A stretch of DNA of 64,000 bases, from NCBI RefSeq assembly GCF_963921235.1, contig NC_086097.1:168580001-168644000 (forward strand). The letters run 5' to 3'. The stretch comes from Mobula hypostoma (Eukaryota). Made by a program: the position numbers and the translations under genes. Of the stretch, positions 11,255 through 23,112 are shown in pieces. The stretch's first letter is position 1, and each line of letters opens with the position of its first letter. Under the pieces are notes generated by a model. The model saw only the letters and a program-made list of their open reading frames with translations. It did no database searches and was not told the origin of the DNA.

Positions 11255-13940
11255 GCCCTGAACACTTCCATAGATTTCCATAAATATAATCTAATCTATC
11301 TTCTGAATTCTCACGAATACAGGCCTAGAGTCATCAACTGCTTTTCATATGACAACCTGTTCAATCCTGCAACCATTTTTGTGAACCTCCTTTGAACCAT
11401 CTGCCATTTCAGCACATCCTTTCTAAGATAAGGGGCCAAAAAGGTGGAGCTCAGGAGGATGATGGCGCCTAATGGCGACTCCTTTGCTTGCTTCTTCGGA
11501 TACAGCTTTATTTCTATCTTTGATATCTCTTTTTTTTCCCTTTCAAACCATGAGCTGGAGTTATACACTTACTTCGGATCTTGTGGAAATGGCACCCGCT
11601 CTCAGGGCCTCACGACCGGCCGCTTTTCGATATGCCAAGGATGTGGCCTGGAAGACTAGGGTGCCTTCAGGGTGCCAGATTTTCGTGGCTCTGGAGGTGG
11701 GCTGATTCGAGGCCGGTGCTGCCGCTTGATATGTTGTGGGAGTACACAGGAGATCGAAAGCTGTGAGCTTGCTGCTGGCTGTGCGCCCAGGGACCCGAGT
11801 TCTTTTGGCACAGAGCTCAGAAAAAGCAGTGCAACAGACTTTTAACAACGTAAATCAGCAAGCTGTTTGTTATGTCTCCTCTCTCATTGTGAAATGGGGA
11901 CACCTCTGTTTCCCTTACTAGAGAGCAAGAGTGCGAGAGAGAGCGAGAGAGAGAGACTGTTGTATGTCAAATACCAGGTGAACGAGTAGTATTTGGGGTA
12001 CCGCATGTCTGTGTCCCTATTGATACTTTGCTGCAAGCTCGCATGCTCGGTGGGGGGTGCTGATGCTTTTTTGCTGGTGGGGTGGGGTCGTTGCTTTGCT
12101 GCGTCTCTGTTTTCGTTGATGTTTGCAAAGAAAAAGAATTTCAGGATGTATATTGTATATATTTCTCTGACATTAAATGTACCAATTGAAACTTATTGAA
12201 AACTGCTCACAATACTCCAAGTGAGGCCTCACCAATACATCCTTGCTTTTATATTCCAGTCCTCTTGAAATGAATGCTAATACTGCATTTGCTTTCCTCA
12301 CCACAGACTTGACCTGCAAATTAACCTTTGGAGAACCCTGCACAAGGACTCCCAAATCCCTTTGCACCTCAGTTTTTGTATTTTCTCTCCATTCAGAAAA
12401 TGGTCAATCCTTTTATTTCTTCTACCAAAGAGCATGACCGTACACTTCCCAACACTGTATTCCATCTGCCATTTTTTTGCCCAGTTTCCTAATCTAAGTC
12501 CTTCTGTAGCCTCTCTACATCCTCAAAACTACCTGTCCCTCCACCTATCTTCATATCGCCTGCAAATTTTGCAAAAAAGCCATAATTCCATCATCCAAAC
12601 CATTGACATACAACGTAAAAAGAATCCGTCCTAACATAGACCCCTGTGGAATACCACTAATTACCGGCAGCCAGCCTGAAAAGGTTTTCTTTATTCCCAC
12701 TCTTTGCCTCCTACCAATCAGCCACTGCTTTATCCATGCTAGAATCTTTCCTGTAATACCATGGGCTCATAGGTTGTTAAGTATCCTCAGGTGTGGCAGT
12801 TGTCAAAGGCCTTCTGAAAATCCAAGTACACAACACAACCGATTCTCCTTTGTCTATCCTGCTTGTTAATTCTTCAAAGAATTCCAACAAATTTGTAAGG
12901 ACAGATTCTCCCTTGAGGAAACCATGTTAACTACAGCCTATTTTATCATGTGCCTCCAAGTATCCTGAGAGCACATCCTTAATAATCAACTCCAGCGTCT
13001 TTCGAACCACTGAGGTCAGACTAAATGACCTATAGTTTCTTTTCTTCTGCCTCTCTCCCTTCTTGAAAAGTAGAGTGACATTTACAATTTTCCAATCTTC
13101 TGGAACTATTCCAGAATCTAGTGAGTATTGGAAGATCATTATTCATTCCTTCACGATCTCTTCAGCCACCTCTTTCAAAACTCTGGGGTGTACACCAACT
13201 GGTCCAGGTGACTTATTTACCTTCAGACCTTTCAGTTTCCCAAGAACCTTCTCTCTAGTTATGGTAACTCTAGTCACTCACTTCATGACCCCTGACACTT
13301 AGAACTTCCATCATACTGCTAGTGTCTTTCACTGTGAAGACTGATGCAAAAAGCTGATTCAGTTCATATGCCATTTCGTTGTCCCCCATTACTAACTCTC
13401 CAGCATTGCTTTCCAGCGGCCCGATATCCACTCTTGCCTCTCTTTTACACCTTATGTAACTGAAGAAACTTTTGGTATCCGCTTTAATATTATTGGTCAG
13501 CTTACTTTTATATTCCATCTTTACCTTCTTAATGACTTTTTTAAGTTGCCTTCTGTTGGTTTTTAAAAGCTTTCCGATCCTCTAACTTCCCACTAATTTT
13601 TGTTCTATTATATGCCCTCTCTTTGGCTTTTATGTTGGCTTTTACTTCTCTTGTTAACCACAGTTGTGTCATCTTTCCTTTAAAATACTTCTTCCTCCTG
13701 TGCCTTCCAAATTGCTTCCAGAAATTCCAGCTACTCAGCCGCCATCCCTGCTTGTGTTCTTTCCCAATCAATTAGTCTCTCATGCCTCCGTAATTTCCCT
13801 TATTCCACTGTAATACTGATTCATCTGACTTTAGCTTCCCCTTCTCAAATTTCAGGATGAATTCGATCATATTGTGATCACTTGCCCCTAAGGGTATTTT
13901 TACCTTCAGGTCTCTAATCAATTCTGGTTCATTGCACAAC
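11255..13940 (-). mobile_element. Decayed CR1 LINE split by an insertion at about 11443-12198
   Basis: Fragments VPEDWKIVNV, VRPHLEYCEQF and VQRRFTKM. The CR1 sequence ggggccaaaa|aactgctcacaatactcc rejoins across the insert. Confidence 0.88.
11443..12198 (+). mobile_element. Non-autonomous LINE-derived element (CpG-rich head with GATGGCG, LINE-like 3' tail)
   Basis: Sharp boundaries inside a CR1, no coding capacity, 3' end resembling the Rex1-like 3' UTRs in this window. Confidence 0.6.
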
Positions 13941-14361
13941 ATGCTCTGGAGTGCTCTAAAAGAGATGTGAAGAGTACTATATAAAAATACAAGCGTTTCT
14001 TTGTAGTTTTTATCACTGTAAATCTAACAATGCCTGATTTTAATACCAGGGTAGATTTAAATTATAATGTTTCTTCAGAAGCTGATAATTACTCAGAGAA
14101 ACAACAGGATCTATTTTGAGAATACTTAATAAAGTATTAATTTTAACTGAAGAATTCTAAAAGGCAGTGAGTATGATCCTCACAGTCACACAGCACAGAA
14201 AAAGGCCCCTGGGGCCACCATCTCCATTCCAACAATTAAGCACCCATTTACGCTAGGTCTACAGACCAACACAAATGAACCAACTTCATATATATCAGAG
14301 GTTGGAAGAGTCGAAATTGTAGAAATAAACCAGAAATAACTAGGGCCAAGATAGAATGTGG

Positions 14362-15095
14362 ACACGAGATGGCTGGTGCTAAAATCTGGAGCAATAAAAC
14401 CAAACTGCTGGAGGAACTCAGTAGGTCAGGCAGTATCTATGGAAGGAAATGGACAGTCGAGGTTTTGTTTGAGCCCTTTAGTCTGGACTGAAAGATGAAG
14501 GGAAATAGCAAGATAATGAGGTGAGAGGAAGGGATGGAACAAAAGCTGGCAAGTGACAGGTCGATCCAGGTAAGCAGCTCAAGGAGGTGGGAGGTAGAGG
14601 CAACATAGAGCTGAAGATGATGAAATCTAATAGGAACAGAAGGTGGAGTATGGAATCAAATAACGGAGGTGGGTAGGCAATAGGGAGCAGTAGAGGGATG
14701 GGATACAGAGGGAGGAATGCGTGGAACAATTAGAATAAGGAAAGAAACAGTGTGATAGGAGGGTGGGGGTGGAGGTTGTGTTATGATGTGTGTACATAAT
14801 AAAGAACTTCAGTTCCCAGTGTACAATGCCGGTGGTTCACCCGGAACAGAAAGTGACGTTGGTGAGCTGGGTTGCATGTGCTCAGGTCGAGCGGAAGCTA
14901 TGAGCTGGGCACATGCGCTCACGTAGAGCAAAAGCCATTTACTGTAAATAAATATGCATTCATTTTACCCACGCAAGTTTGCCTTTTATCAAGAGGTGTC
15001 AAAGGGACTGGGTAAATCATGAGGGAAGAGAAAGGGTGGGGGGAGAAGCAGGTTATCTGAGGGTGGGGGATTCAAGTTGTAGGTAACCTAGGATG
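14362..15095 (-). mobile_element. Penelope-like 3' region relic carrying an unrelated insert of about 220 bp
   Basis: Terminal motif tgctggaggaactcag...gtcaggcag, decayed hammerhead at about 14454-14490, and a purine-rich body like 62520-62800. Confidence 0.6.
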
Positions 15096-15699
15096 ATGTG
15101 AAATTAGTACAACCCACATCACATTAACTTATTTCTTGTGTAAGAAAACTCCATGTAGGTGTAGTAGAACAAGGAGCTCAACAACCAACTTGTCTGCCAG
15201 ATTCCTTACTAAGATGCACCACAGAATACACCACCTACTAAACCTCGGCAAACCTGCTACCTGTAGCAGAGCTTGGCAAGTTATCTATAACACCAATTAG
15301 TGAAGAATATTATATCATCAGTCCTTCTTTTCACAAGCCTTTGTTGAGTTATTTGGGTTCAGCCATAACTGGTCCAACTAGTATAGTATGTCTGCTTTCC
15401 ATCAAAGACAGGAACTGTTGGACTGTTTTGTTAACGGCTTTAACTATCTGAGGTAGTGTTTTTATACCAGAGTGGTAAATGCCTGGAGTGCACTGCTGGG
15501 AGTGGTGGTAGATGTTAATACATTAGGGTCATTTAAGGTATTCTTGGATAGGCACGTGGATGAAAGAAAAATGGAGGGCTGTGGGCTATGTAGGAGGGAT
15601 TGTAAAGTTGAAAAGTCAGCAGAAAATCATAGGCTAAAGACCCTATACTGTGCTGTATGGTTGGTTCTATGTTCTATGCTTTGGAAAGGAACCGTAAAT

Positions 15700-17855
15700 T
15701 CTACTATTTGATGGTATTAATGAGAAGAGTAATGGGATCCTTAACAATAGATAGCACCTTTTTCAGGCATCACCTTTTCAAGATGTCCTTGATGCTAGGA
15801 AGGCAAATGCTCATGATGGACAAACACGAGGAATTCTGCAGATGCTGTAAATTCAAGCAACACACATCAAAGTTGCTGGTGAACGCAGGAGGCCAGGCAG
15901 GATCGACTGCACCTCTTCCTAGAGATGCTTCCTGGCCTGCTGTGTTCACCAGCAACTTCGATGTGTGTTGCTCATGATGGAGCTAGCTGAGTTTCCTACT
16001 TTCTGTAGCCTTTTCTGATTCAGTGCGGTCGCCCCTCCATACTAAACAGCAATGGAACTATTAGAATGCTCTCCATGGTACATCTGTAGAAATTTGCGAG
16101 AGCCTTTGGTGTTATACCAAGCCGTCTCAAACTCCTAATGAAGTATAGCTGTTGTTGTGCCTTCTTTTGCAATTGTGTCAGGCCCAGGATGGATCTTCAG
16201 AGAAGCTGACAGCCAGGAACTTAAAACTGCTCACCATTTCCACTGCTGATCCCTGGACGAGGACTGGTGTGTGTTCCCCCAATTTTCCCTTCCTGAAGTC
16301 CATAATCAATTCCTTGATCTTACTGACACTGTGTGCAAGGTTGTTGTTGTGACACCACTCAACTAGCTGATCTATCTCACTCCTGTATGCTTCCCTGTTA
16401 CCATCTAAAATTCTGCAACAATAGCTGTGTCATCAGCAAATTTATAGATGGCATTTGAGCTGTGCCTCATCACACAGTTGTAGGTGTAGAGAGAGAAGAG
16501 CAGTGGTCTAAGCACACATCCTAGAGTTGCACCATTATTGATTGTCAGCAAGGAGGAGAGGATATTTCCAATCCGCACTGACTGTAGTCTCCAATGAGGA
16601 AGCCAAGGATCCAGTTGTAGAAGGAGGCACAGAGGCCCAGGTTTTGGAGCTTGTTGATTAGTACTGAAGGTATGATGGCATTGAATGCTGAGCTGTATTC
16701 AACAAACAGCAGCCTGATGTAGGTATTGCTATTGTCCGGATGATCCAAGGCTGAGTGGAGAGCCAGTGAAGTTACATCCGTCATAGAATTATTACTGTGA
16801 TAGACAAATTGATGCGGGTCCAGGTCCCTGCTTAGGCAGGAGTTGATTCTGGCCATGACCAAACTCTTCACGCTCTTCATCACAGTAGATGTGAGTGAAG
16901 CTGGGCGACAGTTGTTGAGGTTGCTCACCCTGCTCTTCTTGGTTCGATTGTCACCTTTTTGAAGCAGGTGGGAACGTCCAATTGCTGCAGCAGTGAGAGA
17001 TTGAAGATGTCCTTGAACAGTCCCACCAGATAGCTGGCATGGGTTTTCAGTGCCCTACCAGATACACCATCATGTCCTGACACCTCGCAAGGGTTCACTC
17101 TCTCAAAAAATGTTTTGACATCATCCTCTGATCGAGAAATCACAGGGTCATGAGTTGCTGCTGGAATTCACACAGGTGTAATTTTATTCTCCTTTTCAAG
17201 ACATTGAGCTCATCTGGGAGAGAAGCATCACAGCCATTCATGACATTAGGTTTTCCCTTTTAGGAAGTAATGGTCCGCAAACCCCACCTGAGCTGATGTG
17301 CATCCAATTCCGCCTCCAACTTCAAATGGAATTGCTCTTTCCCTCTTAAAATAGCATTCTGTAGGTTGTACCTGGAGATCTTGTATAGTTCTGGATCACC
17401 AGTATTGAATGCTACAGATCTAACTCTCAGCAGACTACAAAACTCCTGGTTCATCCAAGGCTTTTAGTTTGGGTATGTCCAGTATGCTCTTGAAGGTACA
17501 CATTCATCCACACATGGTGAAGTCAGTGACAACTGTGGGATATTCATTCAGATTCAAAGATGGATTCCTCAGTGTTCTCCAGTCCATCCTTTCAAAGCAG
17601 TCAGCTAAGCACTCTACCTCCCTTGATCATACCTTCATGGTCTTCACCACTGATGCTGCAGTCTTCAGTCTCTGCCCGTATGCCAGGAGAAGTATAGCTA
17701 GGCATTTGGACTTTCCAAAGTGTGGGTGTGGAATGGCACACTAAGCATTTTTGATGATGGTCTAACAGTGGTCAAATGTGTTGGCTCCTCTGGTTCCACA
17801 GGTGGTATGTTGGTGGTAGTTGTTCAGAGACTTCTTCAAGCTGATCTGGTTGAGG
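15700..17855 (-). mobile_element. Decayed Rex1/Babar-type LINE (endonuclease remnant to RT)
   Basis: LNNCRPASLTSTVMKS, LDPHQFVY, YIRLLFVEYSSAFNAIIPS, SGHDGVSGRALK. Confidence 0.85.
15821..15968. mobile_element. 148-bp fold-back insertion made of two inverted Penelope termini
   Basis: Inverted arms at 15856-15900 and 15928-15972. 13-bp TSD tgctcatgatgga at 15808-15820 and 15969-15981. Confidence 0.85.
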
Positions 17856-18919
17856 AGGCATCATGGATTGGCAGTAATTGACAGATAACCCTCAGCCAGG
17901 TCACCAGGTGTAATGTTTCCTTTGCTGAAATTGTGCCAAGGGATCTACCTGAGGCAGCAGATGGAAACAAAAAATGGATGGCATGTGGAAATGGATCATG
18001 GGCATGGGATGGTCCAATATCATTTCCAGGTCCTGTTCTCCTCTATTGCTCTGAACAACTTTCTAATATAGTCCTCACTGTAACACAATCCACATCCCAA
18101 AATTCTATTACCTGAAATCTCCAGTGATCTGGGTTCCACCCTGATGTCCTGTGCTATCTGAGTTGAGTTTGAACCTTCCACATGTGACCACATGGATTTC
18201 ATCTGATCCTCAAGATTTTTTCTATATCCCAAAAACATGGGGGTTAGCAGGTTAATTTCCCCACTGTCAAATTTCCCCTAATAGGTAGAGGGGGGAGCAA
18301 ATGAGAATGAAGGGAAAATAAAATAGGGATAGTGTAAATGGGTACTTGATGCTCAGCACAGACTTGGTGGGCTGCAGGGCCGGTTTCCATGTTACGAGAC
18401 TCTTTGGCACTAATTAAAATTTCCAATAAAATGCAGGACCTCGGACACCATCACAGTCTCTCAGTTCTGCACCAGAGTATCAGCTCAGAATTCTGTTGTA
18501 CTCCAGTGTCTGAATGTCAGACTTCAATACACAACCTTCAGGCAAGTGAAGGTGTGGGATGTACAACTACACTATTCTTGCACTAGAAACAAAAATCTGC
18601 ATCTGGAAATCAAAATCCAGATGAAGGGTCTTGACCTGAAGCATCATCTGTCCATTTCCCTCCACATTTGCTGCTCGACCTGCTGTGTTCCTCCAGCATT
18701 TTGTCTATTGCCTCGGATCCTGGCCTCTGTCATCTTTTACGCTGGTCTTGCACTTGGAAAAATATTCTGATATAATTCATTTAGCATGGGGAGCAAACAC
18801 GAGCACATGGAACTGTGGGGATGTACAAAGAATGTCAAGTGTTCCTGAACATATCTCCCAGTAAAAATCATCCTTCACTCCTCCCCGTCAGTTGTCAATG
18901 CCTCTTGGTAAGCTCTTAC

Positions 18920-19045
18920 CTCTTTAGCACTTTTTATCTTGGCCAAGAAGGTTTGTAACTCCATGGACTCCGCAAAGAGGGCTCGGCACACAGCCGGGTA
19001 ATGGTTCGGGGCCTCAGGTGGGGTTGTGAGATGAGCAGCACACAA
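18920..19045 (-). CDS. spire1: Spire exon, end of KIND domain, 126 nt/42 aa: [42 protein letters not shown]
   Basis: Matches SPIRE1 LCAAHL...[31 protein letters not shown]. Pyrimidine tract ending ttgtcag, donor GAG|gtaaga. Confidence 0.96.
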
Positions 19046-19325
19046 CTGACAAAGAGAAAAACAAAAGGACACATTAGTCAGTCACCCTTCATGTCTCCTG
19101 ACTAGGAACCTACATCATTGGGCTGCATTTTCTACTCCTGTCATTGACTGGCCTACACAAGCATTCCTCTGAGCAGTTCCTAACTCTGGTCCTCTCTGGA
19201 TAACACAAAGCTGAGGTTTTGTTATGCCCATCACTCAGTCAAGAAGTCAAGTTTATATATGCACAGGTGCAATGAAAAACCTATGTGCAGCAGCATCATG
19301 GGTACATCGCATCAGATAAGCAGCA

Positions 19326-19492
19326 TATAGCATCGTCATTATATTCTTTCAAAAAAGAGTTAGATAGAGCTCTTAAAGATAGTGGAGTGAAGGGATATGG
19401 GGAAAAGGCAGGGAAAGGGTACTCACTGAATGAATGGTGGTGCTGGCTCAAAGGGCTGAATGACCTACTCCTGCACCTGTTGTCTATTGTCT
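19326..19492 (+). mobile_element. Short CR1 3'-end insertion
   Basis: FKKELDRAL...VKGYGEKAG remnant, tail tgtctattgtctat, 10-bp TSD ataagcagca (19316-19325 and 19493-19502). Confidence 0.8.
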
Positions 19493-22400
19493 ATAAGCAG
19501 CACTCACGAGAAAAATAATTAAACATGAATCATACAGAAAATAGAACAAAGAAAGTCCACTGTAGTGCAAAGTGCTCATCGTGCTGCTATACTGAGGGAG
19601 TAATTAAGGTTGTGCAGATTGGTTCTAGAACCAAAAGTTTGAAGGGAAGAAGCTGCTCTCGAACCTGGTGATACAGAACTTTTTGCTGCAATGGTAGCTG
19701 CAGTAAGATGTCATGGCCTGATGGGAGCATCTTGTATGAAGGATAGAGCCTTCTTTCTCAGAAAAAAAGCAAAGAAATGCTTGTGTGGGTCAGTCAACTC
19801 CTGAAGCTGAGGAACATGATATAAATATAACAACGTGGTCTGTGCAATGTCACTAGACTGGTTTGTTATACAAGGTGATGTTCACCATTCCTGAAGTATC
19901 TATCAGGAGGAGGAAATAATTGGCAGGGTAGGCAGGTCCATGATAGCACCAGAATGGCAATTCATTGGGAGGTGGCTTCAGCAGACCCAATCATTATATT
20001 CATTATCATTGCTCTATTCTTTTAAGCCTCATTTCCAAGACCATAAGAACTACCTGTAATGCATTTCCCTGAAATTTCAATATTATATTCTATTTTTTTT
20101 ACAACCTAGATGTAATTATGTATGGCATGAACTGTCTGGATGTTATGCAAAATAAAAGCTGTTCACTGTATAAGCAGTCCATGTGACAATAATAAACCCA
20201 CACCAATATCAAAGCACACTGCCTGATTATCCACCCATCAGTGAGGACCTGTTGTCTGCACAGATTCATCTCCAGGAAGTTCAGCAATAGGGAATTGTTT
20301 CTGCTCCAAACATCACTAAATTCTCTTACAGTACATTTTAAGTTAGGCTTTTCAGAATGAGTTTCACCTAAACATGCCTAAAGCCATCTAAGTACATGTC
20401 AGAACAGAGAACCAATATATAGAGTATGTTCTGAACCTGTTGGTGAGGATGATTTGTCCACCAATCGGAAGGACTCTAATATATCAATCCCTCAGAATAT
20501 GAACAGAAAATTCGTATTTTCTATTTAACATGGTGGAAAATAAAGGAATATATTAAATACACTTAATACAATGAAGCAAGATAATCTACACACTTCTCTG
20601 TTTCAGTCGTTCTTGCCCATTCTTGCTGTTTCAACAGAAGCCTAACATGGTGCAGGTTCCAAAGGCAGATTTCCCAGTGGATTTGCGGGAAAATCCATGG
20701 ATGGTTCCACTCAGCTACTCCATGGCAAGTCCAATGCTGAAGAACAACAGCAGTCTGCTCTGTGCCAGTTCAGAATCTATTATCCCATGCACAAGTCCTG
20801 AACTTCTACGTGATCATCCGAAACACTACCATTTCCGCAGAAAATTTGGGATACTATTTATCCAATAAAATTTCAAATTTGATACAACTCGGCAAGAATC
20901 ATTTAAATTGTTTGCAAACCCTAGCAATTCTGTTAACAATTTATTTTCGTAGCTTGGCATAGCTGATACAGTAAAAATATGGAGGTTTCAAAGTAAAAGC
21001 CAGCATCAGTTTGTCCCACTTCTGTCATATCAAATATCTGATATGTTGCTTTAATGCAATGAACTGACATGTTGTCTCTCTCATTAGCAATGGGGCAGCT
21101 TGGTATATATGGGAGTAAACTGAAACAGTGTAGAGAGGTGCAGAAGAAAAATACATGGAAGCTGCAGGTAAAATTGGGTCATCATGCAAAAAATGGAAAC
21201 AGAGTGGTTTTCATGTATTGCTGCCAGGACAGATGATGAGTAAACAAACTATCTCAGCGTTTCCAGGAACTCTCTCCATTTCCCAGTCAGCCTGAACAAA
21301 CTAGGCTTTATGAAGCAAGACTTAAAGGTTACTCTTTTTTTAAAGAACTCCATTGAATGATCACAGTCTTTACTCTACATTCAATCCCACTGAACAAACA
21401 ACTTTATACAATGCTCAGCTCTGCCACACGAAGTCTCAGTACCCTGAGTCTAACTTCAACCAGAATATTCCCATTCTGCAAACATTTTAAATTTCTGACA
21501 AACATGATTATCCACTTTGCCTCTGAGTCCGTACTCACATCACTCCTCGCCTTTCCTTTGCGGACCAGCACAGCCATCCAGATAAGCAATAACTTTATTT
21601 TTCACACTGAGGCTTTCAAATCCATCCCAGCTCCTGCTCCCCCCTCTCTCTGAACTCCCTTCCAGTCGTATAACCTGCAAGGTACGTTCACTTCAACAAC
21701 ACTGCCTCTTATTTAACGCCATTGGCACCTGCGCCTTCAGCCTCCAAGGTCATGATTTCCAGAATTCCTGCCCACAACCTCTCTGCTTCTTGTGGAATTC
21801 TGTGACACTGGAGGAACCTACTGGATCCATAGTGCCTGTATGGGGCCAGAATACCCTCCCACGTCCTGCAGGTTGCATCACAGCAGGCAATCACTGATAC
21901 CCTTCAACAAGATGCTGTCAGAACTCAGCGGGTCAGACAGCATCTGTGGAGGGAAAAGGATAGTCAATATTTTGAGTCAAACCCCTTCATATGGATGGTG
22001 TGTGCTGTACCAGATTCTAGCATCAGCAATCTCTTGCGTCCAATATTCCTTAAATTAAGGACTCCCGCTTCCTCAGGCACCGGGTCTAGACCCTGATTAT
22101 TCCACAGGTTTAATCAGTTTGTTTTAGCTCCCTAAAGGCAGAACTCAATGAGGTAATTTAACTGGGCTCACCGGAAGGAATACAACCCCCTCAAGATCTT
22201 CCTCTGTTTCTTGCTCTTTCATAGTGATCATACATGCAATAGAGTCACAGAATTATAGAGCACTGCAACATAGACACCAGCCATTCAGCCATCTAGTCCA
22301 TGCTGAAATATTAATCTGCCTAGAGCCATCAACTTGCACTGGACCATAGCCCTCCATACCAATCCAAATCATTTCTCTTAAATGTTGAAATCAAACCCAC

Positions 22401-22775
22401 GTCCACCACTTCTGTTGGCAGCTCTCACCACTCCCTGAGTGAAGCTCCCCTTAAACAGGTCACCCTTTCAATCCAAGACCTCTGGTTCTAGTCTCATCCA
22501 ACATCACTGGAAAAACAGCCTGCTTGCATTTACCCCATCTATGCCCCCATAATTTTGTATTCCTCCATCAAATCTCCCCTCATCCAGAAGAACCCTGGGG
22601 GGTTCAGGGAGTCAGCGTCTCTTTTGCTCTATTTCACGTCGCAGAAGGATGGATGGTCATTAGTACTGGATTTGTCTTATTGTTGTCATGTGTACTGTAA
22701 TACAATGAAAAGCTTTTGTGTTGTGTACCAGTCAGACAGATCATCCCATAAACAATTACACTGAGGTAATATAAG

Positions 22776-23112
22776 GAATGGGTGGCGCGGTGGAGATACA
22801 TCTCTACCAAAGGTAGGGTGCTCTTTCCCTCCTCCAGCCTGCAGGTCACCCTTGGGCAAGGTGTAGCACCTGCTTACACTCCTCCACCCCCAATCACATG
22901 AGCATCTGGTGCACATCACTAGACCTGGCTATGCTACCATTGAGGCCAGGCAGACAATCTCTTGAGAATACTAATAATGGCTGGGGTCACCTGTCTTATA
23001 AAGACACTGCCCAGGTGGAAATGGTGAACCACTTCTGTAGAATTTGCCAACATGGTCATAGACCCTGGTCGCCCATGTCATACAACATTTCACATGATGA
23101 TGATGATGATGA
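22776..23112 (+). mobile_element. Short non-autonomous retroposon with an RTE-like 3' end and (TGA)n tail
   Basis: Discrete insert in an older repeat. tggtgaaccacttctgtag motif and a (gat)n tail. Confidence 0.55.
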
